A DNA stretch of 64,000 nt from Auanema rhodensis (lineage: Eukaryota > Animalia > Nematoda): positions 19,034,001 to 19,098,000 of the forward strand of contig OZ059894.1 in the NCBI GenBank assembly GCA_964057225.1. Direction: 5' to 3'. Below, piece by piece: positions 43,501 to 57,900 of this stretch. A program made the translations under genes and the position numbers. The number at the start of each line of letters is the position of its first letter. Positions within the stretch are counted from its first letter, which is position 1. The notes beneath the pieces are model-generated. The model saw nothing but the letters and a program-made list of their open reading frames with translations, made no database searches and had not been told where the DNA came from.

Positions 43501-45050
43501 TGCACTATACTACATTGAGAAACGCTTAATACAAAAATTAGTTATGATCGTTTGAAAAATGATGCATTAGTGTATGTTGAGTTTCCATGTACACTCAACA
43601 TTGCTTCCAAAAACATTTTGACAAAAATTTTTTCGAAAAATTTCAAAATAATTCAGCAAAAAGTAGATGGTTTTAGATTCCTTTTTTCAAGGCAAAGACG
43701 ATGGACAATGTTATTCAACGAAAAAATTAATTCTTCAGGGTGAAAATCGAGGATATAAGTGTGAACTTATATCAGTTGATATCTCGGTGCATTTTTAAGC
43801 TAGCGCAAATCTGATAACACAGATCGACGCAGCTTACAAATCCGCATCGAATGCACTATACTACATTGAGAAACGCTTAATACAAAAATTAGTTATGATC
43901 GTTTGAAAAATGATCCATTAGTGTATGTTGAGTTTCCATGTACACTCAACATTGCTTCCAAAAACATTTTGACAAAAATTTTTTCGAAAAATTTCAAAAT
44001 AAATTAGCAAAAAGTAGATGTTTTTAGATTCCTTTTTTCAAGGCAAAGACGATGGACAATGTTATTCAACGAAAAAATTAATTCTTCAGGGTGAAAATCG
44101 AGGATATAAGTGTGAACTTATATCAGTTGATATCTCGGTGCATTTTTAAGCTAGCGCAAATCTGATAACACAGATCGACGCAGCTTAAAAATCCGCATCG
44201 AATGCACTATACTACAATGAGAAACTCTTAATACAAAAATTAGTTATGATCGTTTGAAAAATGATGCATTAGTGTATGTTGAGTTTCCATGTACACTCAA
44301 CATTGCTTCCAAAAACATTTTGACAAAAATTTTTTCGAAAAATTTCAAAATAATTCAGCAAAAAGTAGATGGTTTTAGATTCCTTTTTTCAAGGCAAAGA
44401 CGATGGACAATGTTATTCAACGAAAAAATTAATTCTTCAGGGTGAAAATCGAGGATATAAGTGTGAACTTATATCAGTTGATATCTCGGTGCATTTTTAA
44501 GCTAGCGCAAATCTGATAACACAGATCGACGCAGCTTAAAAATCCGCATCGAATGCACTATACTACATTGAGAAACGCTTAATACAAAAATTAGTTATGA
44601 TCGTTTGAAAAATGATGCATTAGTGTATGTTGAGTTTCCATGTACACTCAACATTGCTTCCAAAAACATTTTGACAAAAATTTTTTCGAAAAATTTCAAA
44701 ATAATTCAGCAAAAAGTAGATGATTTTAGATTCCTTTTTTCAAGGCAAAGACGATGGACAATGTTATTCAACGAAAAAAGTAATTCTTCAGGGTGAAAAT
44801 CGAGGATATAAGTGTGAACTTATATCAGTTGATATCTCGGTGCATTTTTAAGCTAGCGCAAATCTGATAACACAGATCGACGCAGCTTACAAATTCGCAT
44901 CGAATGCACTATACTACATTGAGAAACGCTTAATACAAAAATTAGTTATGATCGTTTGAAAAATGATCCATTAGTGTATGTTGAGTTTCCATGTACACTC
45001 AACATTGCTTCCAAAAACATTTTGACAAAAATTTTTTCGAAAAATTTCAG
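37559..45050. repeat. Higher-order repeat: second 11-monomer unit (3861 bp), ~2 tandem copies
   Basis: ORF-track starts pair at 3861 bp (38287/42148, 39691/43552, 40393/44254, 40744/44605). The variants GAGGCTAT/TTATGTCA/GCACCTT/AAACCC occur at ~38137 and ~41998, and GATGATTT...AAAAGTAA at ~40862 and ~44723. Confidence 0.9.
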
Positions 45051-45280
45051 AATAAATTAGCAAAAAGTAGATGTTTTTAGATTCCTTTTTTCAAGGCAAA
45101 GACGATGGACAATGTTATTCAACGAAAAAATTAATTCTTCAGGGTGAAAATCGAGGATATAAGTGTGAACTTATATCAGTTGATATCTCGGTGCATTTTT
45201 AAGCTAGCGCAAATCTGATAACACAGATCGACGCAGCTTAAAAATCCGCATCGAATGCACTATACTACAATGAGAAACGC

Positions 45281-48200
45281 TTAATACAGAAATTAGTTAT
45301 GATCGTTTGAAAAATGATCCATTAGTGTATGTTGAGTTTCCATGTACACTCAACATTGCTTCCAAAAACATTTTGACGAAAATTTTTTCGAAAAATTTCA
45401 AAATAAATTAGCAAAAAGTAGATGTTTTTAGATTCCTTTTTTCAAGGCAAAGACGATGGACAATGTTATTCAACGAAAAAATTAATTCTTCAGGGTGAAA
45501 ATCGAGGATATAAGTGTGAACTTATATCAGTTGATATCTCGGTGCATTTTTAAGCTAGCGCAAATCTGATAACACAGATCGACGCAGCTTAAAAATCCGC
45601 ATCGAATGCACTATACTACAATGAGAAACGCTTAATACAGAAATTAGTTATGATCGTTTGAAAAATGATCCATTAGTGTATGTTGAGTTTCCATGTACAC
45701 TCAACATTGCTTCCAAAAACATTTTGACAAAAATTTTTTCGAAAAATTTCAAAATAAATTAGCAAAAAGTAGATGTTTTTAGATTCCTTTTTTCAAGGCA
45801 AAGACGATGGACAATGTTATTCAACAAAAAAATTAATTCTTCAGGGTGAAAATCGAGGATATAAGTGTGAACTTATATCAGTTGATATCTCGGTGCATTT
45901 TTAAGCTAGCGCAAATCTGATAACACAGATCGACGCAGCTTACAAATCCGCATCGAATGCACTATACTACATTGAGAAACGCTTAATACAAAAATTAGTT
46001 ATGATCGTTTGAAAAATGATCCATTAGTGTATGTTGAGTTTCCATGTACACTCAACATTGCTTCCAAAAACATTTTGACAAAAATTTTTTCGAAAAATTT
46101 CAAAATAAATTAGCAAAAAGTAGATGTTTTTAGATTCATTTTTTCAAGGCAAAGACGATGGACAATGTTATTCAACGAAAAAATTAATTCTTCAGGGTGA
46201 AAATCGAGGATATAAGTGTGAACTTATATCAGTTGATATCTCGGTGCATTTTTAAGCTAGCGCAAATCTGATAACACAGATCGACGCAGCTTAAAAATAC
46301 GCATCGAATGCACTATACTACAATGAGAAACGCTTAATACAGAAATTAGTTATGATCGTTTGAAAAATGATCCATTAGTGTATGTTGAGTTTCCATGTAC
46401 ACTCAACATTGCTTCCAAAAACATTTTGACAAAAATTTTTTCGAAAAATTTCAAAATAAATTAGCAAAAAGTAGATGTTTTTAGATTCCTTTTTTCAAGG
46501 CAAAGACGATGGACAATGTTATTCAACAAAAAAATTAATTCTTCAGGGTGAAAATCGAGGATATAAGTGTGAACTTATATCAGTTGATATCTCGGTGCAT
46601 TTTTAAGCTAGCGCAAATCTGATAACACAGATCGACGCAGCTTACAAATCCGCATCGAATGCACTATACTACATTGAGAAACGCTTAATACAAAAATTAG
46701 TTATGATCGTTTGAAAAATGATCCATTAGTGTATGTTGAGTTTCCATGTACACTCAACATTGCTTCCAAAAACATTTTGACAAAAATTTTTTCGAAAAAT
46801 TTCAAAATAAATTAGCAAAAAGTAGATGTTTTTAGATTCCTTTTTTCAAGGCAAAGACGATGGACAATGTTATTCAACGAAAAAATTAATTCTTCAGGGT
46901 GAAAATCGAGGATATAAGTGTGAACTTATATCAGTTGATATCTCGGTGCATTTTTAAGCTAGCGCAAATCTGATAACACAGATCGACGCAGCTTAAAAAT
47001 CCGCATCGAATGCACTATACTACAATGAGAAACACTTAATACAGAAATTAGTTATGATCGTTTGAAAAATAATGCATTAGTGTATGTTGAGTTCCCATGT
47101 ACACTCAACATTGCTTCCAAAAACATTGTGACAAAAATTTTCCCGAAAAATTTCTGAATAATTTCACAAAAAGTAGATGTTTTTAGATTCATTTTTTCAA
47201 GGCAAAGACGATGGACAATGTTATTCAACGAAAAAATTAATTCTTCAGGGTGAAAATCGAGGATATAAGTGTGAACTTATATCAGTTGATATCTCGGTGC
47301 ATTTTTAAGCTAGCGCAAATCTGATAACACAGATCGACGCAGCTTACAAATCCGCATCGAATGCACTATACTACATTGAGAAACGCTTAATACAAAAATT
47401 AGTTATGATCGTTTGAAAAATGATCCATTAGTGTATGTTGAGTTTCCATGTACACCCAACATTGCTTCCAAAAACATTTTGACAAAAATTTTTTCGAAAA
47501 ATTTCAAAATAAATTAGCAAAAAGTAGATCTTTTTAGATTCATTTTTTCAAGGCAAAGACGATGGACAATGTTATTCAACGAAAAAATTAATTCTTCAGG
47601 GTGAAAATCGAGGATATAAGTGTGAACTTATATCAGTTGATATCTCGGTGCATTTTTAAGCTAGCGCAAATCTGATAACACAGATCGACGCAGCTTAAAA
47701 ATCCGCATCGAATGCACTATACTACAATGAGAAACGCTTAATACAGAAATTAGTTATGATCGTTTGAAAAATGATCCATTAGTGTATGTTGAGTTTCCAT
47801 GTACACTCAACATTGCTTCCAAAAACATTTTGACAAAAATTTTTTCGAAAAATTTCAAAATAAATTAGCAAAAAGTAGATGTTTTTAGATTCCTTTTTTC
47901 AAGGCAAAGACGATGGACAATGTTATTCAACAAAAAAATTAATTCTTCAGGGTGAAAATCGAGGATATAAGTGTGAACTTATATCAGTTGATATCTCGGT
48001 GCATTTTTAAGCTAGCGCAAATCTGATAACACAGATCGACGCAGCTTACAAATCCGCATCGAATGCACTATACTACATTGAGAAACGCTTAATACAAAAA
48101 TTAGTTATGATCGTTTGAAAAATGATCCATTAGTGTATGTTGAGTTTCCATGTACACTCAACATTGCTTCCAAAAACATTTTGACAAAAATTTTTTCGAA

Positions 48201-51200
48201 AAATTTCAAAATAAATTAGCAAAAAGTAGATGTTTTTAGATTCATTTTTTCAAGGCAAAGACGATGGACAATGTTATTCAACGAAAAAATTAATTCTTCA
48301 GGGTGAAAATCGAGGATATAAGTGTGAACTTATATCAGTTGATATCTCGGTGCATTTTTAAGCTAGCGCAAATCTGATAACACAGATCGACGCAGCTTAC
48401 AAATCCGCATCCAATGCACTATACTACATTGAGAAACGCTTAATACAAAAATTAGTTATGATCGTTTGAAAAATGATCCATTAGTGTATGTTGAGTTTCC
48501 ATGTACACTCAACATTGCTTCCAAAAACATTTTGACAAAAATTTTTTCGAAAAATTTCAAAATAAATTAGCAAAAAGTAGATGTTTTTAGATTCATTTTT
48601 TCAAGGCAAAGACGATGGACAATGTTATTCAACGAAAAAATTAATTCTTCAGGGTGAAAATCGAGGATATAAGTGTGAACTTATATCAGTTGATATCTCG
48701 GTGCATTTTTAAGCTAGCGCAAATCTGATAACACAGATCGACGCAGCTTAAAAATACGCATCGAATGCACTATACTACAATGAGAAACGCTTAATACAGA
48801 AATTAGTTATGATCGTTTGAAAAATGATCCATTAGTGTATGTTGAGTTTCCATGTACACTCAACATTGCTTCCAAAAACATTTTGACAAAAATTTTTTCG
48901 AAAAATTTCAAAATAAATTAGCAAAAAGTAGATGTTTTTAGATTCCTTTTTTCAAGGCAAAGACGATGGACAATGTTATTCAACAAAAAAATTAATTCTT
49001 CAGGGTGAAAATCGAGGATATAAGTGTGAACTTATATCAGTTGATATCTCGGTGCATTTTTAAGCTAGCGCAAATCTGATAACACAGATCGACGCAGCTT
49101 ACAAATCCGCATCGAATGCACTATACTACATTGAGAAACGCTTAATACAAAAATTAGTTATGATCGTTTGAAAAATGATCCATTAGTGTATGTTGAGTTT
49201 CCATGTACACTCAACATTGCTTCCAAAAACATTTTGACAAAAATTTTTTCGAAAAATTTCAAAATAAATTAGCAAAAAGTAGATGTTTTTAGATTCCTTT
49301 TTTCAAGGCAAAGACGATGGACAATGTTATTCAACGAAAAAATTAATTCTTCAGGGTGAAAATCGAGGATATAAGTGTGAACTTATATCAGTTGATATCT
49401 CGGTGCATTTTTAAGCTAGCGCAAATCTGATAACACAGATCGACGCAGCTTAAAAATCCGCATCGAATGCACTATACTACAATGAGAAACACTTAATACA
49501 GAAATTAGTTATGATCGTTTGAAAAATAATGCATTAGTGTATGTTGAGTTCCCATGTACACTCAACATTGCTTCCAAAAACATTGTGACAAAAATTTTCC
49601 CGAAAAATTTCTGAATAATTTCACAAAAAGTAGATGTTTTTAGATTCATTTTTTCAAGGCAAAGACGATGGACAATGTTATTCAACGAAAAAATTAATTC
49701 TTCAGGGTGAAAATCGAGGATATAAGTGTGAACTTATATCAGTTGATATCTCGGTGCATTTTTAAGCTAGCGCAAATCTGATAACACAGATCGACGCAGC
49801 TTAAAAATACGCATCGAATGCACTATACTACAATGAGAAACGCTTAATACAGAAATTAGTTATGATCGTTTGAAAAATGATCCATTAGTGTATGTTGAGT
49901 TTCCATGTACACTCAACATTGCTTCCAAAAACATTTTGACAAAAATTTTTTCGAAAAATTTCAAAATAAATTAGCAAAAAGTAGATGTTTTTAGATTCCT
50001 TTTTTCAAGGCAAAGACGATGGACAATGTTATTCAACAAAAAAATTAATTCTTCAGGGTGAAAATCGAGGATATAAGTGTGAACTTATATCAGTTGATAT
50101 CTCGGTGCATTTTTAAGCTAGCGCAAATCTGATAACACAGATCGACGCAGCTTACAAATTCGCATCGAATGCACTATACTACATTGAGAAACGCTTAATA
50201 CAAAAATTAGTTATGATCGTTTGAAAAATGATCCATTAGTGTATGTTGAGTTTCCATGTACACTCAACATTGCTTCCAAAAACATTTTGACAAAAATTTT
50301 TTCGAAAAATTTCAAAATAAATTAGCAAAAAGTAGATGTTTTTAGATTCCTTTTTTCAAGGCAAAGACGATGGACAATGTTATTCAACGAAAAAATTAAT
50401 TCTTCAGGGTGAAAATCGAGGATATAAGTGTGAACTTATATCAGTTGATATCTCGGTGCATTTTTAAGCTAGCGCAAATCTGATAACACAGATCGACGCA
50501 GCTTAAAAATCCGCATCGAATGCACTATACTACAATGAGAAACGCTTAATACAGAAATTAGTTATGATCGTTTGAAAAATGATCCATTAGTGTATGTTGA
50601 GTTTCCATGTACACTCAACATTGCTTCCAAAAACATTTTGACAAAAATTTTTTCGAAAAATTTCAAAATAAATTAGCAAAAATAAGATGTTTTTAGATTC
50701 CTTTTTTCAAGGCAAAGACGATGGACAATGTTATTCAACAAAAAAATTAATTCTTCAGGGTGAAAATCGAGGATATAAGTGTGAACTTATATCAGTTGAT
50801 ATCTCGGTGCATTTTTAAGCTAGCGCAAATCTGATAACACAGATCGACGCAGCTTACAAATCCGCATCGAATGCACTATACTACATTGAGAAACGCTTAA
50901 TACAAAAATTAGTTATGATCGTTTGAAAAATGATCCATTAGTGTATGTTGAGTTTCCATGTACACCCAACATTGCTTCCAAAAACATTTTGACAAAAATT
51001 TTTTCGAAAAATTTCAAAATAAATTAGCAAAAAGTAGATCTTTTTAGATTCATTTTTTCAAGGCAAAGACGATGGACAATGTTATTCAACGAAAAAATTA
51101 ATTCTTCAGGGTGAAAATCGAGGATATAAGTGTGAACTTATATCAGTTGATATCTCGGTGCATTTTTAAGCTAGCGCAAATCTGATAACACAGATCGACG

Positions 51201-51949
51201 CAGCTTAAAAATCCGCATCGAATGCACTATACTACAATGAGAAACGCTTAATACAGAAATTAGTTATGATCGTTTGAAAAATGATCCATTAGTGTATGTT
51301 GAGTTTCCATGTACACTCAACATTGCTTCCAAAAACATTTTGACAAAAATTTTTTCGAAAAATTTCAAAATAAATTAGCAAAAAGTAGATGTTTTTAGAT
51401 TCCTTTTTTCAAGGCAAAGACGATGGACAATGTTATTCAACAAAAAAATTAATTCTTCAGGGTGAAAATCGAGGATATAAGTGTGAACTTATATCAGTTG
51501 ATATCTCGGTGCATTTTTAAGCTAGCGCAAATCTGATAACACAGATCGACGCAGCTTACAAATCCGCATCGAATGCACTATACTACATTGAGAAACGCTT
51601 AATACAAAAATTAGTTATGATCGTTTGAAAAATGATCCATTAGTGTATGTTGAGTTTCCATGTACACTCAACATTGCTTCCAAAAACATTTTGACAAAAA
51701 TTTTTTCGAAAAATTTCAAAATAAATTAGCAAAAAGTAGATGTTTTTAGATTCATTTTTTCAAGGCAAAGACGATGGACAATGTTATTCAACGAAAAAAT
51801 TAATTCTTCAGGGTGAAAATCGAGGATATAAGTGTGAACTTATATCAGTTGATATCTCGGTGCATTTTTAAGCTAGCGCAAATCTGATAACACAGATCGA
51901 CGCAGCTTAAAAATCCGCATCGAATGCACTATACTACATTGAGAAACGC
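45281..51949. repeat. Satellite subtype domain with approximate 2-monomer (702 bp) alternation
   Basis: Nearly all monomers have ATGATCC. Roughly every second monomer carries ACAATGAG...ATACAGAAA...CAACAAAAAA. Confidence 0.75.
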
Positions 51950-54900
51950 TTAATACAGAAATTAGTTATGATCGTTTGAAAAATGATGCATTAGTGTATG
52001 TTGAGTTTCCATGTACACTCAACATTGCTTCCAAAAACATTTTGACAAAAATTTTTTCGAAAAATTTCAAAATAATTCAGCAAAAAGTAGATGGTTTTAG
52101 ATTCCTTTTTTCAAGGCAAAGACGATGGACAATGTTATTCAACGAAAAAATTAATTCTTCAGGGTGAAAATCGAGGATATAAGTGTGAACATATATCAGT
52201 TGATATCTCGGTGCATTTTTAAGCTAGCGCAAATCTGATAACACAGATCGACGCAGCTTAAAAATCCGCATCGAATGCACTATACTACATTGAGAAACGC
52301 TTAATACAAAAATTAGTTATGATCGTTTGAAAAATAATGCATTAGTGTATGTTGAGTTTCCATGTACACTCAACATTGCTTCCAAAAACATTTTGACAAA
52401 AATTTTTTCGAAAAATTTCAAAATAAATTAGCAAAAAGTAAATGTTTTTAGATTGCTTTTTTCAAGGCAAAGACGATGGACAATGTTATTCAATGAAAAA
52501 ATTAATTCTTGAGGGTGAAAATCGAGGATATAAGTGTGAACTTATATCAGTTGATATCTCGGTGCATTTTTAAGCTAGCGCAAATCTGATAACACAGATC
52601 GACGCAGCTTAAAAATCCGCATCGAATGCACTATACTACATTGAGAAACGCTTAATACAAAAATTAATTATGATCGTTTGAAAAATGATGCATTAGTGTA
52701 TGTTGAGTTTCCATGTACACTCAACATTGCTTCCAAAAACATTTTGACAAAAATTTTTTCGAAAAATTTCAAAATAATTTAGCAAAAAGTAGATGTTTTT
52801 AGATTCCTTTTTTCAAGGCAAAGACGATGGACAATGTTATTCAATGAAAAAATTAATTCTTGAGGGTGAAAATCGAGGATATAAGTGTGAACTTATATCA
52901 GTTGATATCTCGGTGCATTTTTAAGCTAGCGCAAATCTGATAACACAGATCGACGCAGCTTAAAAATCCGCATCGAATGCACTATACTACATTGAGAAAC
53001 GCTTAATACAAAAATTAGTTATGATCGTTTGAAAAATGATGCATTAGTGTATGTTGAGTTACCATGTACACTCAACATTGCTTCCAAAAACATTTTGACA
53101 AAAATTTTTTCGAAAAATTTCAAAATAAATTAGCAAAAAGTAGATGTTTTTAGATTCCATCTTTCAAGGCAAAGACGATGGACAATGTTATTCAACGAAA
53201 AAATTAATTCTTCAGGGTGAAAATCGAGGATATAAGTGTGAACATATATCAGTTGATATCTCGGTGCATTTTTAAGCTAGCGCAAATCTGATAACACAGA
53301 TCGACGCAGCTTAAAAATCCGCATCGAATGCACTATACTACATTGAGAAACGCTTAATACAAAAATTAGTTATGATCGTTTGAAAAATGATGCATTAGTG
53401 TATGTTGAGTTACCATGTACACTCAACATTGCTTCCAAAAACATTTTGACAAAAATTTTTTCGAAAAATTTCAAAATAAATTAGCAAAAAGTAGATGTTT
53501 TTAGATTCCATCTTTCAAGGCAAAGACGATGGACAATGTTATTCAACGAAAAAATTAATTCTTCAGGGTGAAAATCGAGGATATAAGTGTGAACATATAT
53601 CAGTTGATATCTCGGTGCATTTTTAAGCTAGCGCAAATCTGATAACACAGATCGACGCAGCTTAAAAATCCGCATCGAATGCACTATACTACAATGAGAA
53701 ACGCTTAATACAGAAATTAGTTATGATCGTTTGAAAAATGATTCATTAGTGTATGTTGAGTTTCCATGTACACTCAACATTGCTTCCAAAAACATTTTGA
53801 CAAAAATTTTTTCGAAAAATTTCAAAATAAATTAGCAAAAAGTAGATGTTTTTAGATTCCTTTTTTCAAGGCAAAGACGATGGACAATGTTATTCAACAA
53901 AAAAATTAATTCTTCAGGGTGAAAGTCGAGGATATAAGTGTGAACTTATATCAGTTGATATCTCGGTGCATTTTCAAGCTAGCGCAAATCTGATAACACA
54001 GATCGACGCAGCTTAAAAATCCGCATCGAATGCACTATACTACATTGAGAAACGCTTAATACAAAAATTAGTTATGATCGTTTGAAAAATGATGCATTAG
54101 TGTATGTTGAGTTTCCATGTACACTCAACATTGCTTCCAAAAACATTTTGACAAAAATTTTTTCGAAAAATTTCAAAATAAATTAGCAAAAAGTAAATGT
54201 TTTTAGATTGCTTTTTTCAAGGCAAAGACGATGGACAATGTTATTCAATGAAAAAATTAATTCTTGAGGGTGAAAATCGAGGATATAAGTGTGAACTTAT
54301 ATCAGTTGATATCTCGGTGCATTTTTAAGCTAGCGCAAATCTGATAACACAGATCGACGCAGCTTAAAAATCCGCATCGAATGCACTATACTACATTGAG
54401 AAACGCTTAATACAAAAATTAGTTATGATCGTTTGAAAAATGATGCATTAGTGTATGTTGAGTTTCCATGTACACTCAACATTGCTTCCAAAAACATTTT
54501 GACAAAAATTTTTTCGAAAAATTTCAAAATAATTCAGCAAAAAGTAGATGATTTTAGATTCCTTTTTTTCAAGGCAAAGACGATAGACAATGTTATTCAA
54601 CGAAAAAATTAATTCTTCAGGGTGAAAATCGAGGATATAAGTGTGAACATATATCAGTTGATATCTCGGTGCATTTTTAAGCTAGCGCAAATCTGATAAC
54701 ACAGATCGACGCAGCTTAAAAATCCGCATCGAATGCACTATACTACATTGAGAAACGCTTAATACAAAAATTAGTTATGATCGTTTGAAAAATGATGCAT
54801 TAGTGTATGTTGAGTTTCCATGTACACTCAACATTGCTTCCAAAAACATTTTGACAAAAATTTTTTCGAAAAATTTCAAAATAATTCAGCAAAAAGTAGA

Positions 54901-57900
54901 TGGTTTTAGATTCCTTTTTTCAAGGCAAAGACGATAGACAATGTTATTCAACGAAAAAATTAATTCTTCAGGGTGAAAATCGAGGATATAAGTGTGAACA
55001 TATATCAGTTGATATCTCGGTGCATTTTTAAGCTAGCGCAAATCTGATAACACAGATCGACGCAGCTTAAAAATCCGCATCGAATGCACTATACTACATT
55101 GAGAAACGCTTAATACAAAAATTAGTTATGATCGTTTGAAAAATGATGCATTAGTGTATGTTGAGTTTCCATGTACACTCAACATTGCTTCCAAAAACAT
55201 TTTGACAAAAATTTTTTCGAAAAATTTCAAAATAATTCAGCAAAAAGTAGATGGTTTTAGATTCCTTTTTTCAAGGCAAAGACGATGGACAATGTTATTC
55301 AACGAAAAAATTAATTCTTCAGGGTGAAAATCGAGGATATAAGTGTGAACTTATATCAGTTGATATCTCGGTGCATTTTTAAGCTAGCGCAAATCTGATA
55401 ACACAGATCGACGCAGCTTAAAAATCCGCATCGAATGCACTATACTACATTGAGAAACGCTTGATACAGAAATTAGTTATGATCGTTTGAAAAATGATCC
55501 ATTAGTGTATGTGGAGTTTCCATGTACACTCAACATTGCTTCCAAAAACATTTTGACAAAAATTTTTTCGAAAAATTTCAAAATAAATTAGCAAAAAGTA
55601 GATGTTTTTAGATTCCTTTTTTCAAGGCAAAGACGATGGACAATGTTATTCAATGAAAAAATTAATTCTTGAGGGTGAAAATCGAGGATATAAGTGTGAA
55701 CTTATATCAGTTGATATCTCGGTGCATTTTTAAGCTAGCGCAAATCTGATAACACAGATCGACGCAGCTTAAAAATCCGCATCGAATGCACTATACTACA
55801 TTGAGAAACGCTTAATACAAAAATTAGTTATGATCGTTTGAAAAATGATGCATTAGTGTATGTTGAGTTACCATGTACACTCAACATTGCTTCCAAAAAC
55901 ATTTTGACAAAAATTTTTTCGAAAAATTTCAAAATAAATTAGCAAAAAGTAGATGTTTTTAGATTCCATCTTTCAAGGCAAAGACGATGGACAATGTTAT
56001 TCAACGAAAAAATTAATTCTTCAGGGTGAAAATCGAGGATATAAGTGTGAACATATATCAGTTGATATCTCGGTGCATTTTTAAGCTAGCGCAAATCTGA
56101 TAACACAGATCGACGCAGCTTAAAAATCCGCATCGAATGCACTATACTACATTGAGAAACGCTTAATACAAAAATTAGTTATGATCGTTTGAAAAATGAT
56201 GCATTAGTGTATGTTGAGTTACCATGTACACTCAACATTGCTTCCAAAAACATTTTGACAAAAATTTTTTCGAAAAATTTCAAAATAAATTAGCAAAAAG
56301 TAGATGTTTTTAGATTCCATCTTTCAAGGCGAAGACGATGGACAATGTTATTCAACGAAAAAATTAATTCTTCAGGGTGAAAATCGAGGATATAAGTGTG
56401 AACATATATCAGTTGATATCTCGGTGCATTTTTAAGCTAGCGCAAATCTGATAACACAGATCGACGCAGCTTAAAAATCCGCATCGAATGCACTATACTA
56501 CATTGAGAAACGCTTAATACAAAAATTAGTTATGATCGTTTGAAAAATGATGCATTAGTGTATGTTGAGTTTCCATGTACACTCAACATTGCTTCCAAAA
56601 ACATTTTGACAAAAATTTTTTCGAAAAATTTCAAAATAATTCAGCAAAAAGTAGATGGTTTTAGATTCCTTTTTTCAAGGCAAAGACGATGAACAATGTT
56701 ATTCAACGAAAAAATTAATTCTTCAGGGTGAAAATCGAGGATATAAGTGTGAACTTATATCAGTTGATATCTCGGTGCATTTTTAAGCTAGCGCAAATCT
56801 GATAACACAGATCGACGCAGCTTAAAAATCCGCATCGAATGCACTATACTACATTGAGAAACGCTTAATACAAAAATTAGTTATGATCGTTTGAAAAATG
56901 ATCCATTAGTGTATGTTGAGTTTCCATGTACACTCAACATTGCTTCCAAAAACATTTTGACAAAAATTTTTTCAAAAAATTTCAGAATAAATTAGCAAAA
57001 AGTAGATGTTTTTAGATTCCTTTTTTCAAGACAAAGACGATGGACAATGTTATTCAACGAAAAAATTAATTCTTCAGGGTGAAAATCGAGGATATAAGTG
57101 TGAACTTATATCAGTTGATATCTGGGTGCATTTTTAAGCTAGCGCAAATCTGATAACACAGATCGACGCAGCTTAAAAATCCGCATCGAATGCACTATAC
57201 TACATTGAGAAACGCTTAATACAAAAATTAGTTATGATCGTTTGAAAAATGATGCATTAGTGTATGTTGAGTTTCCATGTACACTCAACATTGCTTCCAA
57301 AAACATTTTGACAAAAATTTTTTCAAAAAATTTCAAAATAAATTAGCAAAAAGTAGATGTTTTTAGATTCCTTTTTTCAAGGCAAAGACGATGGACAATG
57401 TTATTCAACGAAAAAATTAATTCTTCAGGGTGAAAATCGAGGATATAAGTGTGAACTTATATCAGTTGCTATCTCGGTGCATTTTTAAGCTAGCGCAAAT
57501 ATGATAACACAGATCGACGCAGCTTAAAAATCCGCATCGAATGCACTATACTACATTGAGAAACGCTTAATACAAAAATTAGTTATGATCGTTTGAAAAA
57601 TGATGCATTAGTGTATGTTGAGTTTCCATGTACACTCAACATTGCTTCCAAAAACATTTTGACAAACATTTTTTCGAAAAATTTCAAAATAAATTAGCAA
57701 AAAGTAGATGTTTTTAGATTCCTTTTTTCAAGGCAAAGACGATGGACAATGTTATTCAACGAAAAAATTAATTCTTCAGGGTGAAAATCGAGGATATAAG
57801 TGTGAACTTATATCAGTTGATATCTCGGTGCATTTTTAAGCTAGCGCAAATCTGATAACACAGATCGACGCAGCTTAAAAATCCGCATCGAATGCACTAT

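Noticed and set aside
5295-55327. Sixteen 63-aa + strand ORFs (MKNDALVY...) in satellite monomers
   Set aside because: They start at TTG and appear only where a TAG>CAG variant removes the stop present in most monomers. Sister monomers acquire new stops (TGG>TAG near 54586 and 54936, TGG>TGA near 56692). No recognisable domain.
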